From Vicinamibacterales bacterium (GTDB taxonomy: Bacteria; Acidobacteriota; Vicinamibacteria; Vicinamibacterales; UBA8438): a DNA stretch of 64,000 nucleotides. A program made the position numbers and the translations under genes. This document shows positions 39,952 through 49,029 of the stretch, in pieces (the stretch's first letter is position 1; each line of letters opens with the position of its first letter). The notes beneath the pieces were generated by a model. That model saw nothing but the letters and a program-made list of their open reading frames with translations. It did no database searches and was not told the DNA's origin. The DNA lies in NCBI GenBank assembly GCA_965263195.1, contig OZ253664.1:3893045-3957044 (forward strand), given 5' to 3'.

Positions 39952-40209
39952 ATGGTGACGGGTAAGCAGCGCAAGACTCTGACGGCCGTCTTTCGTGATC
40001 CAGTGTCCGGTACCATCGAATAGGCGGCCATCGAAGGGCTGCTCATCGCCGCGGGCGCACGGGTGATCGAGGGTCGTGGGTCACGGGTGCGGTTCGAGAA
40101 AGATGGCGAGGTCGAAACGTTCCACCGCCCGCACCCGACCAAGGAGGCCAAGCATTATCAGATTCGAGCCGCCCGCGCGTTTTTGGAAAGAATGGGGATC
40201 ACACCATGA
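39952..40209 (+). pseudogene. HicA-like (YcfA-type) toxin with in-frame TAG
   Basis: MVTGKQRKTLTAVFRDPVSGTIE*AAIEGLLIAAGARVIEGRGSRVRFEKDGEVETFHRPHP.... TAG 40021-40023 sits where this family has a conserved Trp. Confidence 0.8.
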
Positions 40210-40538
40210 CGAATACCATGACTTACAAGGGGTACTCGGCCCGGATCGACTATGACGACGATGACAGCGTGTTCACCGGCCGGATCGCGGGCATCCGCGA
40301 TGGGGTCGGCTTTCACGCCGATACCGTGGACGCCCTTCGGGAAGCCTTTCATGAGGCCGTGGAGGACTATCTCGAGACTTGTGCCGCGATCGGCAAGCAA
40401 CCCCAGAAGCCCTATTCGGGCCGGATGATGTTTCGCGTCAGCCCCGAAGTACACCGCCAGGCCGCGCTCGCGGCGGAACTGTCCGGCAAGAGCCTGAACC
40501 AGTGGGCCGAAGAAGTACTCCACCGTGCTGCACAGTGA
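40206..40538 (+). CDS. hicB: HicB-family antitoxin
   Basis: 110 aa, MTNTMTYKGYSARIDYDDDDSVFTGRIAGIRDGVGFHADTVDALREAFHEAVEDYLE...RMMFRVSPEVHRQAALAA.... ATGA overlap with hicA. Confidence 0.85.
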   Translation: MTNTMTYKGYSARIDYDDDDSVFTGRIAGIRDGVGFHADTVDALREAFHEAVEDYLETCAAIGKQPQKPYSGRMMFRVSPEVHRQAALAAELSGKSLNQWAEEVLHRAAQ

Positions 40539-40597
40539 CAGGTCATGTGTGAACTCCGAAGGTTTTTCTGGCCGGTACGTGAGCTGGATGCCGGGCC

Positions 40598-40807
40598 ATG
40601 CTGATCGGCTACACCCGCGTCTCGAAGGCAGACGGCTCCCAGTCGCTGGACCTGCAGCGCGACGCGGTGCAGGCCGAGGGCGCCGGCGCAGGCCACGTCT
40701 ACCACGACTTCGCGTCCGGCGTCCGCGACTACCGCCCGGGACTCGACAGCTGCGTGCGCGCGCTCCGGACGGGCGGCGAGCCGGCCAGGGAGGACGGGGA
40801 TCTGTGA
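40598..40807 (+). pseudogene. serine recombinase (resolvase/invertase) N-terminal fragment
   Basis: MLIGYTRVSKADGSQSLDLQRDAVQAEGAGAGHVYHDFASGVRDYRPGLDSCVRALRTG.... Catalytic Ser is present, but the frame ends after 69 aa. Confidence 0.75.
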
Positions 40808-41064
40808 ATCGCAGCGAATACTTGCGCGATTTGTCCGTAGAGGCATTCATTTTGGCCGACCCGGTTCGGCGCGAGCCCGGTGCCGCATCCGCGGTCAACC
40901 CGTCGCCCGACGCCATAGGCCCGCGCACAAATGTCGTCCGCGCGCACACGCTGGGACATCGTAGCGCTGGCGCTCGCGGCCGGCGGCTTCGCTGGTAGCG
41001 GGTCGGTGCTGCTTGGCTCGATCGGCTGGCCCGGCCGGGGGCCTGGCTCTTCGGCGTCTGCTTC

Positions 41065-41325
41065 GTGCTGTTCTCGATCCAGTGGCTTGCACTGATGACA
41101 TGGTTGCCGACCTTCCTGATCGAGACTCAGGGGCGCTCGCTTGCCGGCGCTTCTCTGCTTACGGCGCTCATCGTCTCCGTCACCGCGCTCGGTGCCATCG
41201 CCGGTGCGTCGTTGATGCATCGCGGCGCCGTACGCTGGCTGCGGCATGAGGGGCGGCCTTTCGCCGGCGCCCCGGCGTTGGTGCACGAATACGGTGCGAC
41301 GTTTCGAGGCAGCAGACCAGACTGA
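41065..41325 (+). pseudogene. MFS-type transporter fragment
   Basis: Hydrophobic helices ...LFSIQWLALMTWLPTFLIETQGRSLAGASLLTALIVSVTALGAIAG... with no N-terminal half. Confidence 0.45.
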
Positions 41326-41391
41326 AAGGATGAAACGGAATGAACTAGACTAGTCTGACGTCTAGTCAGTATTCGACGGAGGTAACGCTGC

Positions 41392-41652
41392 GTGAGCAAA
41401 ACATGGCAGGTTCAGGATGCCAAGGCGCGCTTCAGCGAGTTGCTCGAGACGAGCCTCACCGAAGGGCCACAGATCGTGACCAGGCGGGGCGTGGAGGCGG
41501 CCGTGCTGGTTCCTATTGGCGTGTGGCGGCAACTGGAGAAGCGGGCCCGACCGGATCTCAAGGAACTGCTGCTGGCCCCGGAGGCGCGCACCGACGCACT
41601 GACGCCGCCACGGCCACGGCATCGCCACCGTGTGTCTCCGAGCTTCGAGTAA
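41392..41652 (+). CDS. Phd/YefM-family antitoxin
   Basis: (M)SKTWQVQDAKARFSELLETSLTEGPQIVTRRGVEAAVLVPIGVWRQLE.... GTG start. Confidence 0.85.
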   Translation: MSKTWQVQDAKARFSELLETSLTEGPQIVTRRGVEAAVLVPIGVWRQLEKRARPDLKELLLAPEARTDALTPPRPRHRHRVSPSFE

Positions 41653-41656
41653 GCCC

Positions 41657-42079
41657 GTGTATCTGCTCGATACCAACGTCGTATCGGAACTGCGCCGCCC
41701 GCATCCGCATCCAGCGGTCGTCGAATGGCTTGAACAGGTGGCCGCCGATGAGCTGTTGCTGTCCGCGGTGACGGTCGGGGAGATCCAAGCGGGCATCGAA
41801 CTCACCCGCGAGCAGGATATCGCCAAGGCCGAGGAACTGGAGGCGTGGCTCAGCGCGGTACTGGTTTCCTATAGCGTGCTCCCAATGAATGCAGACACAT
41901 TCCGGGCATGGGCGCGGCTCAAGCATCGCCGTTCAGACACCCTGCTGGAGGATGCCATGATCGCCGCGACGGCCTTGGTGCATCGGCTGACGGTCGTGAC
42001 CCGCAACGTGCGCGATTTTGACCAGCTCGGGGTCGATCTCCTGAACCCATTCGAACACGAAGCCGACGTGCGGCGGTAG
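41657..42079 (+). CDS. vapC: PIN-domain toxin VapC
   Basis: (M)YLLDTNVVSELRRP...LLLSAVTVGEIQAGI...DAMIAATALVHRLTVVTRNVRDF. An ATG at 41630 is also possible. Confidence 0.88.
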   Translation: MYLLDTNVVSELRRPHPHPAVVEWLEQVAADELLLSAVTVGEIQAGIELTREQDIAKAEELEAWLSAVLVSYSVLPMNADTFRAWARLKHRRSDTLLEDAMIAATALVHRLTVVTRNVRDFDQLGVDLLNPFEHEADVRR

Positions 42080-42535
42080 GCTGGCGGAATCAAACCCCCG
42101 GAGGTGCCGACGCGACCGTATCGAACAGCTCCTGATCTTCTACGGTCGAGGGCGTGTCCCGTCACGGGGTGGGCCATCCCACCGTCTCCGCGTGCCTCAC
42201 ATCGGTGAGGGCCGGCGGACGGCTGACGGCGCTCTGCTGAGCTCCGTGGACAGCTCTCGACGAGACGACGACTCGGGTGGAGACGACGACGACCGCAGGC
42301 CGTCCCGGCCGGGTTCACGCCTCACGCAAGACCCACGCCCGGAAGGCTTGGATCTCGGGCCGCGGCCGGGCAGCCGCCGTGGTGATGCGGCAGCAGGGGG
42401 CCCGCCGGCGATCCGGACTCAGCCTCGCGCGCGGCGGCGCAGCGCGCGTCCTCCCGTGCCGAGCAGTAGCAGACCGAGTCCTATCGCGCCGGCCACAGGC
42501 AATGCCGGTACAGGTTCCGGCGGCGGGTCGGCTGG

Positions 42536-42865
42536 GTGATTCCCCCACAGGGCAACGCGGACTTCGCGGCGGCGATGGAGAAGGTTCTCGACGTCTACCG
42601 GCGTCCCTACGATGCGGCCTTTCCGGTGGTGTGCATGGACGAGACGCCCCGGCAACTGATCAGTGAGACGCGCGAACCGGTTCCGGCGGCAGCGGGTCGA
42701 CCGGCGCGCGAAGACTACGAGTACCGACGCCGCGGAAGCTGCAATGTGTTCATGGCGACCGAACCCCTGGCCGGGCGGCGCATGACCAAGGTGACGGCGC
42801 GCAGAACCAAAACCGACTGGGCGCACTTCCTCAACGACATCGCCGAGCGCCACCCCGGTGCCAAC
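42536..42865 (+). pseudogene. IS630-family transposase fragment
   Basis: ...NADFAAAMEKVLDVYRRPYDAAFPVVCMDETPRQLISETREPVPAAAGRPAREDYEYRRRGSCNVFMATEPLAGRR.... Both ends missing. Confidence 0.75.
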
Positions 42866-43119
42866 CAGCCGTGCGCATCGCTCCCACTGCACCTGCTGGT
42901 CCAGCGTGAGCGCGTCCGCCACGTCGCCTACCAGATCGTCACGGTCGTCGGTGCTCATCGCTCATCCGGAATCCCACCGCGCAGCCGCGCAGCGCCAGCC
43001 CTCGCGCACGGCGCTCGGCCCGCGGAGTATGTCTCTAATGACGTCTGCCGGGGCGGAACCGGACGGTTTCCGCACGGTGGGCCGTCGGCGCGCGCCCGGG
43101 CGCGCCGGCGGGCGGGACG

Positions 43120-43521
43120 CTACCGGCTGGAGGCCAGCGGCATGACCGCGCTCAGCCGAATGACGGCCCGCTTGAGCGCCTTGCGCGCTGCGTCCGGACT
43201 CGGTAGGCGTTCGATCGCGGCGAGCTGCTCGTAGTTGTACCCCAGTTCCGCCCGGCCGACGATCAGCCGGCGATCGCGGACCTTCAGGCGCTTCAGGCCT
43301 TCCCGGTAACGCCCCCACATCTCATCGTGCAGGCGTTGCTGATACTGCGGCGCCGCCGAGGAGCTGCCCCGCCGCACCCGATTCAGAAGACGCTGCTCGG
43401 AGCCGGGATCCGTGGGATCCGCTCGGCCGGTATCGTTCGACGATGGGGACATGCGGGCGAGGGCGCCGTCCGGCGCGTGCCGCCGTGTGTCGTATCCCGT
43501 GTCTGATTCCATGTCTTGCAT
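43120..43521 (-). CDS. sigma-70 region-4-only protein (probable sigma factor fragment)
   Basis: ...GLKRLKVRDRRLIVGRAELGYNYEQLAAIERLPSPDAARKALKRAVIRL resembles a sigma-4 HTH. No sigma-2 region. Start uncertain (43521 or 43452). Confidence 0.35.
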   Translation of the reverse strand: MQDMESDTGYDTRRHAPDGALARMSPSSNDTGRADPTDPGSEQRLLNRVRRGSSSAAPQYQQRLHDEMWGRYREGLKRLKVRDRRLIVGRAELGYNYEQLAAIERLPSPDAARKALKRAVIRLSAVMPLASSR

Positions 43522-43553
43522 ACGTCGAGCGAACGCGCATGGCACGGCCAGGA

Positions 43554-43820
43554 TCAGACCTCCTTGAGGTGCCCGGCGGCGTACTTGTGCAACAGGCTCG
43601 AGATCAGGGTCTGGTACGGCAACCCCTCGGCCAGCGCGCGCTTCTGGATCGCCTCCAGGTCCTTGCTCGATAGCCGAATATTCAGCCGGCGGTCCTTGCG
43701 GAACGTGGCCTTGGCGTAGCGAGCGTAGCGCGTTCGTGTTTGCTTGCCGCCACCGGTAGATTTCCACTCTCCGCGCTCGACTGACTTGAGCAAGTCCTTT
43801 TCCTTGGCGTCAATCTTCAT
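43554..43820 (-). CDS. BrnA-type (CopG/RHH) antitoxin
   Basis: MKIDAKEKDLLKSVERGEWKS...RLNIRLSSKDLEAIQKRALAEGLPYQTLISSLLHKYAAGHL. Confidence 0.8.
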   Translation of the reverse strand: MKIDAKEKDLLKSVERGEWKSTGGGKQTRTRYARYAKATFRKDRRLNIRLSSKDLEAIQKRALAEGLPYQTLISSLLHKYAAGHLKEV

Positions 43821-44103
43821 GGTCCTCAGACTCCTCACCGAGATACTGAGTTGTGGCCTTCCGACTCGGAATGATCGTCTTCAGGAAGACCGTGTCCTCG
43901 TCCTCGACGTACGGCACCAGATACACGTAGTCGTCGCGTTGGACAACGAAGATGCGTTGGCCGGCGTAACGGTTGGGGTTCGGGTGTTCGAGAATGTCGA
44001 GCAAGTCACCGCGCTCGATATGGAACACGATGTCCTCGAACCCGCTGCCCCGGTCCGCTCTGAGCTTCGCGTTCTTGGCGTCGTCCCAGGTGAAGAATTT
44101 CAC
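43810..44103 (-). CDS. BrnT-type toxin (DUF497-like)
   Basis: MKFFTWDDAKNAKLRADRGSGFEDIVFHIERGDLLDILEHPNPNRYAGQRIFVVQRDDYVYLVPYVEDEDTVFLKTIIPSRKATTQYL. Confidence 0.75.
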   Translation of the reverse strand: MKFFTWDDAKNAKLRADRGSGFEDIVFHIERGDLLDILEHPNPNRYAGQRIFVVQRDDYVYLVPYVEDEDTVFLKTIIPSRKATTQYLGEESEDHED

Positions 44104-44496
44104 TCAGGACAAGGTAGCATAATGTGTGCCCAACAGGCACACATTGGCGTCAGCTAAACTACTCGTATGAGTATTAGTCCATCAGAGCAAGCGTTCGAGG
44201 ACTACTGCACGGCGGTAGGCATAGCAGGTAGACAGGAATCCCGAGGAGCAGGAGTCGGATCGCCAACTGGAAGCGACAGGTGTTGGGAAGGCACTGGGCA
44301 ACACACCAGGCCAACGTGTTCGCAAGAAAATCACCGCCGCCTCGAAGCAGTGTCAAGGCGCTAACTGAGGGACGCCACCCTGCCCTTCGTGTCCGCCATG
44401 GTCGACATCGTATTCCCCTTTCGGAAGATGTCCGCCAAACCGGATTTATGCGGAGCTCCGCATAACCGGATCAAGCCCACGGACCAGCTTTCAGGT

Positions 44497-45899
44497 TCAA
44501 GGAGCCCCGTCACGCGTGTCCCAGACCTTCCGCCACGCCGCGAACTCTCCGGGCGTGATCTGATAACGCGCGAAGTTGCCCTCATGCAGGTGCAGGAGCT
44601 CGGCTTCCGCGACTTCGCGAAAGATTTGCCGTTCGTCGGGAGCGATAGTCTGCTCCACCCGGGAAGCGATGTGAGCGGCGGCCTGCGCTCGTGGCACGCG
44701 TCCGCGCGCACAACCTCGGCGACCACCGCGCGCAACGCGTCGCGGTGCCGCAGCCGGAAAGGGTCCGGCTCACCGAGCGACTGCCGGACCGCCGCATAGC
44801 GCGCGGCCGAGCGCTCGTACGCCCAGATGAAGACATCCCTGAGCAGGTCGACCCTATTCAGCTCATACACGCCGAGGATCGCGTCGGTGTAGAGGCCGCG
44901 CGGCACGTCCGTAAAAGACAGCGGCGAGAGGTTGGTCTTGACGAAGGGGATGTTCGCCGCGATTCGCGATACGCGCTTGTTCACATCGTCGAACGGCTGC
45001 AGGTAGGGCAATTGCGCCATCACGAAGAACGACTGCTCGAACGGATCGGCGATCGCCGCCGCCGTTGCCAGCAGCTGGTCAAAACACTCTTCGACGAGCC
45101 GCGGCGTCTCAGGCGGATGGTAGACTGACCCCTCGATGCCGCCGCCGATATGCCGCAGCCTTCCTGCGGCTCCTTGGTCGGCCAGAAGGTTGTTCGCAAG
45201 GATGGCGTGCAGGTTGAGAATCGTATAGCGGTTGAATCCGATCTCCGCGGCGTTGCCCACGAGAAACTCGACCGCATCCTTGTGGTTGAGGATCATCTGC
45301 GCCTCGAGCCGGTCCCGGCCAGGCGCCTCCTGGCCGAATTCGATCAACCGCCGCGTATCGAGCAGGGAATAGGTGTTGCCCTCAAGGCGGCTTGAGTTCC
45401 ACGACAGATCAATCAGAAGCCGGCTCAGGATCTGCCGGGGGTAAGTGCCCGCCGGTTGCTGCGCGCTCACGTGGCGTTGGCCCGCCTCGGCCAGGCGCGC
45501 GCGCTCTTCGCGGGGCAGATAGAAGCTCTCTCCCGGACGGTACGAGTCCAGAAAACCCCGTTCATAGCCGACCGGATTGCGCGCTCCGGGCGGCTGGCGC
45601 AGATGCGCTCTGATTTCTTCACCGGCGCGTGAGAGCGCGATCCCGGACTCTTCCTCGGCCGGGGTTTCGGCTTTGGCGGCGGCGCGCGTTTCGGGCGCGC
45701 GATATTTCGCCCAGCGTCCCTCGCCCTCCATGACCAGACGCCCGTCATCCACGAGGCGCTTGAGCCGGTACTGCAGCGTCCGGCGCGGCATGGGCGCGCT
45801 CAGCGCCTCCGCGATCTCCGGGGCGGTAACAGCCCCGCCATGCGGGCGCACGGCCTTCTCGATTTCATCCAGCTTGTCTGTAGGCATTGGCCTTGGCAT
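44497..45899 (-). pseudogene. Fic-family protein with N-terminal wHTH, degenerate Fic motif and a C-terminal frameshift
   Basis: ATG 45899 (MPRPMPTDKLDEIEKAV...). Fic_N-like ...LLIDLSWNSSRLEGNTYS is present. The core motif reads QPFDDVNKRVSR instead of HPFxxGNGR. After ...AVVAEVVRAD the protein-like sequence continues in another frame (...AAAHIASRVEQTIAPDERQIF...WDTRDGAP*, stop 44497-44499). Confidence 0.75.
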
Positions 45900-46147
45900 T
45901 GGTGAGGTATCCTCTGAAGTTGCGCCTATACTTATACGAGCAATTAAAACCCATATACGCGCAACAATAAAGTTTACACGCAACTATTGTTGCGCGTAAG
46001 GGTCCAATCTGCCGTATGCGCAACTTCCAGAACCCTCAACACCCTAAAGACGGCGAAGTGGGCTCATCCGACGATGCGATGGCTTTTCGGGGAGTACACT
46101 GCTGCCGAAGCCGGGAACCGACCGGGGCTCGGGCGACCGACTCGTAG

Positions 46148-46365
46148 AGGAGACGGACCCGCACCCGTCGCCGCTTGGCGGCGGATCGGGAACAGGTTCC
46201 CGCCTCCTCCACTATTCCTCCACGAACCGGGTCGATTCGAGGGGACTCAGGTGGATACCAGTAGACTCGACGGCTGCCGACAAACGCTTGACGTCGAACG
46301 TGTTAGACCACAAACTACGCGTCGTCAGTCAGTTACTGAAACAAGCGCGAACGGGTTCGACTCCC
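46148..46365 (+). repeat. ssrA 3'-end remnant block B (homologue of block A, att core degenerate)
   Basis: 46181-46365 aligns with 39581-39765 at a constant offset of 6600 with about 10 substitutions. Only CGGGTTCGACTCCC (46352-46365) of the 27-nt core survives. Confidence 0.8.
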
Positions 46366-46739
46366 TGCCCCCCCGGGTGTTCGTCATTCCTCGGCTGCCG
46401 CCGCCGGGCGGTGCGTCCGCTGCACATCCGGAAGAACGACAAGCGCGGCGGTCGGCAGGACGTTCACCTGCCAGAGTATCGGGGTTTCGGCCCGCTTCAG
46501 CAGCGTTATTGGGGAACACCAGCAACGTAGAATTCGGTATACGTCGTTCCGTCCTGTCCCGTCGGCGTTCTATCGCTCATGCTGCTGCTGGCGCCGGCGC
46601 TGACGCCACTGCACGTGCGCAGTCGCTCCGCGAGGTCGACGGCGTGGAGCTGCACGGCGCGGTGCGGTTGGCGATCTCGGGAGCCGCGACCTGCAACGTC
46701 CTGGAGACGGACACCGATTACGCGGAGAGACCGGCGAAT

Positions 46740-46889
46740 GCTGGGCTTGACGGCCCCGTGCAGGCATTTCTTCTCGTGCAGGGCCGCCAGGGCGTCGGCC
46801 AGCCGGGCCCCGACAGACACCGCCTGCGCGGGGGCGAGCGGCCCGTCCCGCAGACGATCCTCCAGCGTGCCGCCGGCCGGCGCTCGCAT
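46740..46889 (-). pseudogene. Ser/Thr protein kinase fragment
   Basis: ...GGTLEDRLRDGPLAPAQAVSVGARLADALAALHEKKCLHGAVKPS... resembles kinase subdomains V-VIb with a degenerate HRDLKP. No N-lobe and no activation segment. Confidence 0.4.
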
Positions 46890-46959
46890 GTACAGAGAAG
46901 GCCGCGGCGGGGAGCGGTCCCGCCGCGGCGTTTCGTGCGTTAGGCGGCGCCTGCGTCGT

Positions 46960-47611
46960 CCTGCGGGTTGCGGAATTCGATTGCGTTCTGCAACTCGTTG
47001 CGATTGTCGAGAAGGTGCTTCACCTGCGGCCCACCTATCACCTCGGCCCCATCCGCATCATCTGGTATCTGGAGCGGTATCACGGCATCGCGATTGCCGA
47101 GGCGACCGTCTACTGCATCTTGCGGCGCCACGGGCTCAACCGGTTTTACCTCACCGGGTCGCGCGCCGCGCGGTGAGGACGCATCGTTACGCGAAGCAGG
47201 TTCCGGGCCATCGACGACGCCACCCGCATCCGCGCCCTCAAGGTCTATCCGCGCCACACCCAGAAGAACGCCATGCACTTCCTCGACCACGTGATCGACA
47301 CATTCCCGTTTCGCATTCACACGGTCCGCACCGACCGCGGTCATGAGTTCCAAGCCCAGTTTCATTGGCATCTTGCTGACCGCGGGATACGTCATGTCTA
47401 CATCAAGCCGCGTACGCCGCGGCTGAATGGCAAGGTCGAACGCTCACACCGGACGGACAAGCAGGAGTTCTATCAGCTCCTGACCTATACGGGCGATGTC
47501 GACCTCAATGCCAAGCTCGCGGAGTGGGAGCGCTTCTACAACTACCAACGTCCTCACGGAGCCTTTCGGGGCAAGACCCCGTACGAAGCGCTCCGCGAGA
47601 AGCTCGGGTGA
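46960..47611 (+). pseudogene. IS481-family transposase remnant (internal deletion and frameshifts)
   Basis: ...LHLRPTYHLGPIRIIWYLERYHGIAIAEATVYCILRRHGLNR... then ...IDDATRIRALKVYPRHTQKNAMHFLDHVIDTFPFRIHTVRTDRGHEFQ...PRTPRLNGKVERSHRTDKQEF...QRPHGAFRGKTPYEAL, spread over three frames. Confidence 0.8.
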
Positions 47612-47880
47612 GCTACAGTCTCAGCGTCCAACGAGGTCGTACCGATCACAGTCGTAGACCTCCGGAAGGAAGTGGCCCAGCGCAAGCCGGTCGTGGCCAA
47701 GGTCGTCCTCGAGAATCGGCTCCTCCAAACAGCGTGCCGGCCTTCGACTCCGAGGCCGATACCGTGGAGACGCACACCCCGGAATGGCTCATGATCCCGG
47801 AACGCGGGCTCCATACCGGCGTGGCGATTTTCGAGGCCGTCTGGTTGCTGTGCTCGTGCTGGTCATGCGAGGATCGGGAC

Positions 47881-48102
47881 ATGCTCTTGAGCCCACTTGT
47901 GGAATTGCTGAAGCTGCCGGCCGTCGATCGAGCTGAGCTGGCCATGGCGCTGTGGGAAAGCCTGACCGACGCTGATCGTGAAGAGACGCTTCAACTAAGC
48001 GAGCCGCAGCGCGTCGAGCTCGACCGTCGGTGGAGGGAACACATCAAAAACCCGGAGTCCGCGCTTTCCTGGGCTGACATTCGCTCCAAGTTGCTGGGCT
48101 GA
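47881..48102 (+). CDS. putative addiction-module antitoxin component
   Basis: MLLSPLVELLKLPAVDRAELAMALWESLTDADREETLQLSEPQRVELDRRWREHIKNPESALSWADIRSKL. This pattern matches small ParE/RelE-partner antitoxins (from memory). Confidence 0.7.
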   Translation: MLLSPLVELLKLPAVDRAELAMALWESLTDADREETLQLSEPQRVELDRRWREHIKNPESALSWADIRSKLLG

Positions 48103-48105
48103 CGC

Positions 48106-48400
48106 GTGCCGCTGCGAATCGTATTCAGGCCACAGGCCGAAGGCGAGACGCTTGCGGTGTGCGCATGGTACGAATCGCGACGGACCGGACTCGGCAGGGG
48201 AGTTCGCCGAAGCCGTTGATGCCCTCCTGGATCGCATGGCCGCCAGTCCCCGGGCCTTTCCGCGTGTGCACGGCGAAATCCGGCGCGCCGTCCTCTCGCG
48301 CTTCCCCTACGCGGTTTACTTCCATAAGGTAGCGTGCGGCACAGCGCCGGCCGCCGAGCAGGCCCGCACGCCAGAGGACGTACAGGCACGTCCTGCGCGG
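48106..48400 (+). pseudogene. ParE/RelE-type toxin, frameshifted
   Basis: GTG 48106: VPLRIVFRPQAEGETLAVCAWYESRRTGLG, then a shift into ...EFAEAVDALLDRMAASPRAFPRVHGEIRRAVLSRFPYAVYFHKV. The C-terminal catalytic region is not recognisable. Confidence 0.7.
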
Positions 48401-48929
48401 CGGTTCGGCTCTCTTGTGCCTCTGTCCGCCGGCCACGCGTACGCGTCGCTGGCCGACGCGCGATCGTCGTTCGGTGACAACGGCGGGGGTGGCGATGGTG
48501 CCCTGTAGTGCCTGATCAGCGCGTGGTCGTCTCTGCGGTCCACGATCTCCAGCCGTCCACAGAGGGTCTTCAACGCCCTCGAACATCTGATTGCGAACGA
48601 GGGGTCCGATGAGGGGAAGCGATTACAGCTACAGCTGTAAGCTATTTCTATAGAATGAGTTACCTCGACTCTATGGCAGACGACCAGTCGTCCATCAGCC
48701 GCCGCCGTCGACGAAAACACCACGTAGCGCAAGCCGCAATCGACCGTCGCACCGACCAGCTCCGCCGTCGCCACGCCCTGCCGCGCCGTGGCGTACATGG
48801 AAGTCCTGCCGCCATCTCAACCGGGGATCGTAGTCCAATTCAATTACAGAATAAATAGTCCTGATATATTATTCCTGTGCCGTAATAAAATTATTCTACA
48901 GGGTTTGGCTGGAATTGGCGGTAACTCGC

Positions 48930-48938
48930 TGCTATAAT
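48930..48938 (+). promoter_or_regulatory. extended -10 promoter element TGCTATAAT in an AT-rich intergenic region
   Basis: Lies upstream of the LysR-type gene. Confidence 0.4.
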
Positions 48939-49029
48939 CGTGCCAAAGGGTTCGTTAGCCGTCGGCGAACGCCCTGATATTGGCCAATATGTATTATCCC
49001 TGTGGACTAATTTTATTTATCCTTGGCCC

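Noticed and set aside
17455-40023. Amber (TAG) reassignment or programmed read-through as the explanation for TAG at Trp-like positions
   Set aside because: Housekeeping genes in the same window (thrS, infC, rplT) terminate at TAG. The affected genes are all accessory and sit among other pseudogenes. No suppressor tRNA is seen.
42419-42958. 179-aa minus-strand ORF
   Set aside because: Most of it is antisense to a clear IS630 transposase fragment and has shadow-ORF composition.
48316-48798. 160-aa minus-strand ORF across the ParE remnant and the AT-rich spacer
   Set aside because: It overlaps the recognisable ParE-like frames on the other strand. It has no start context or family signature.
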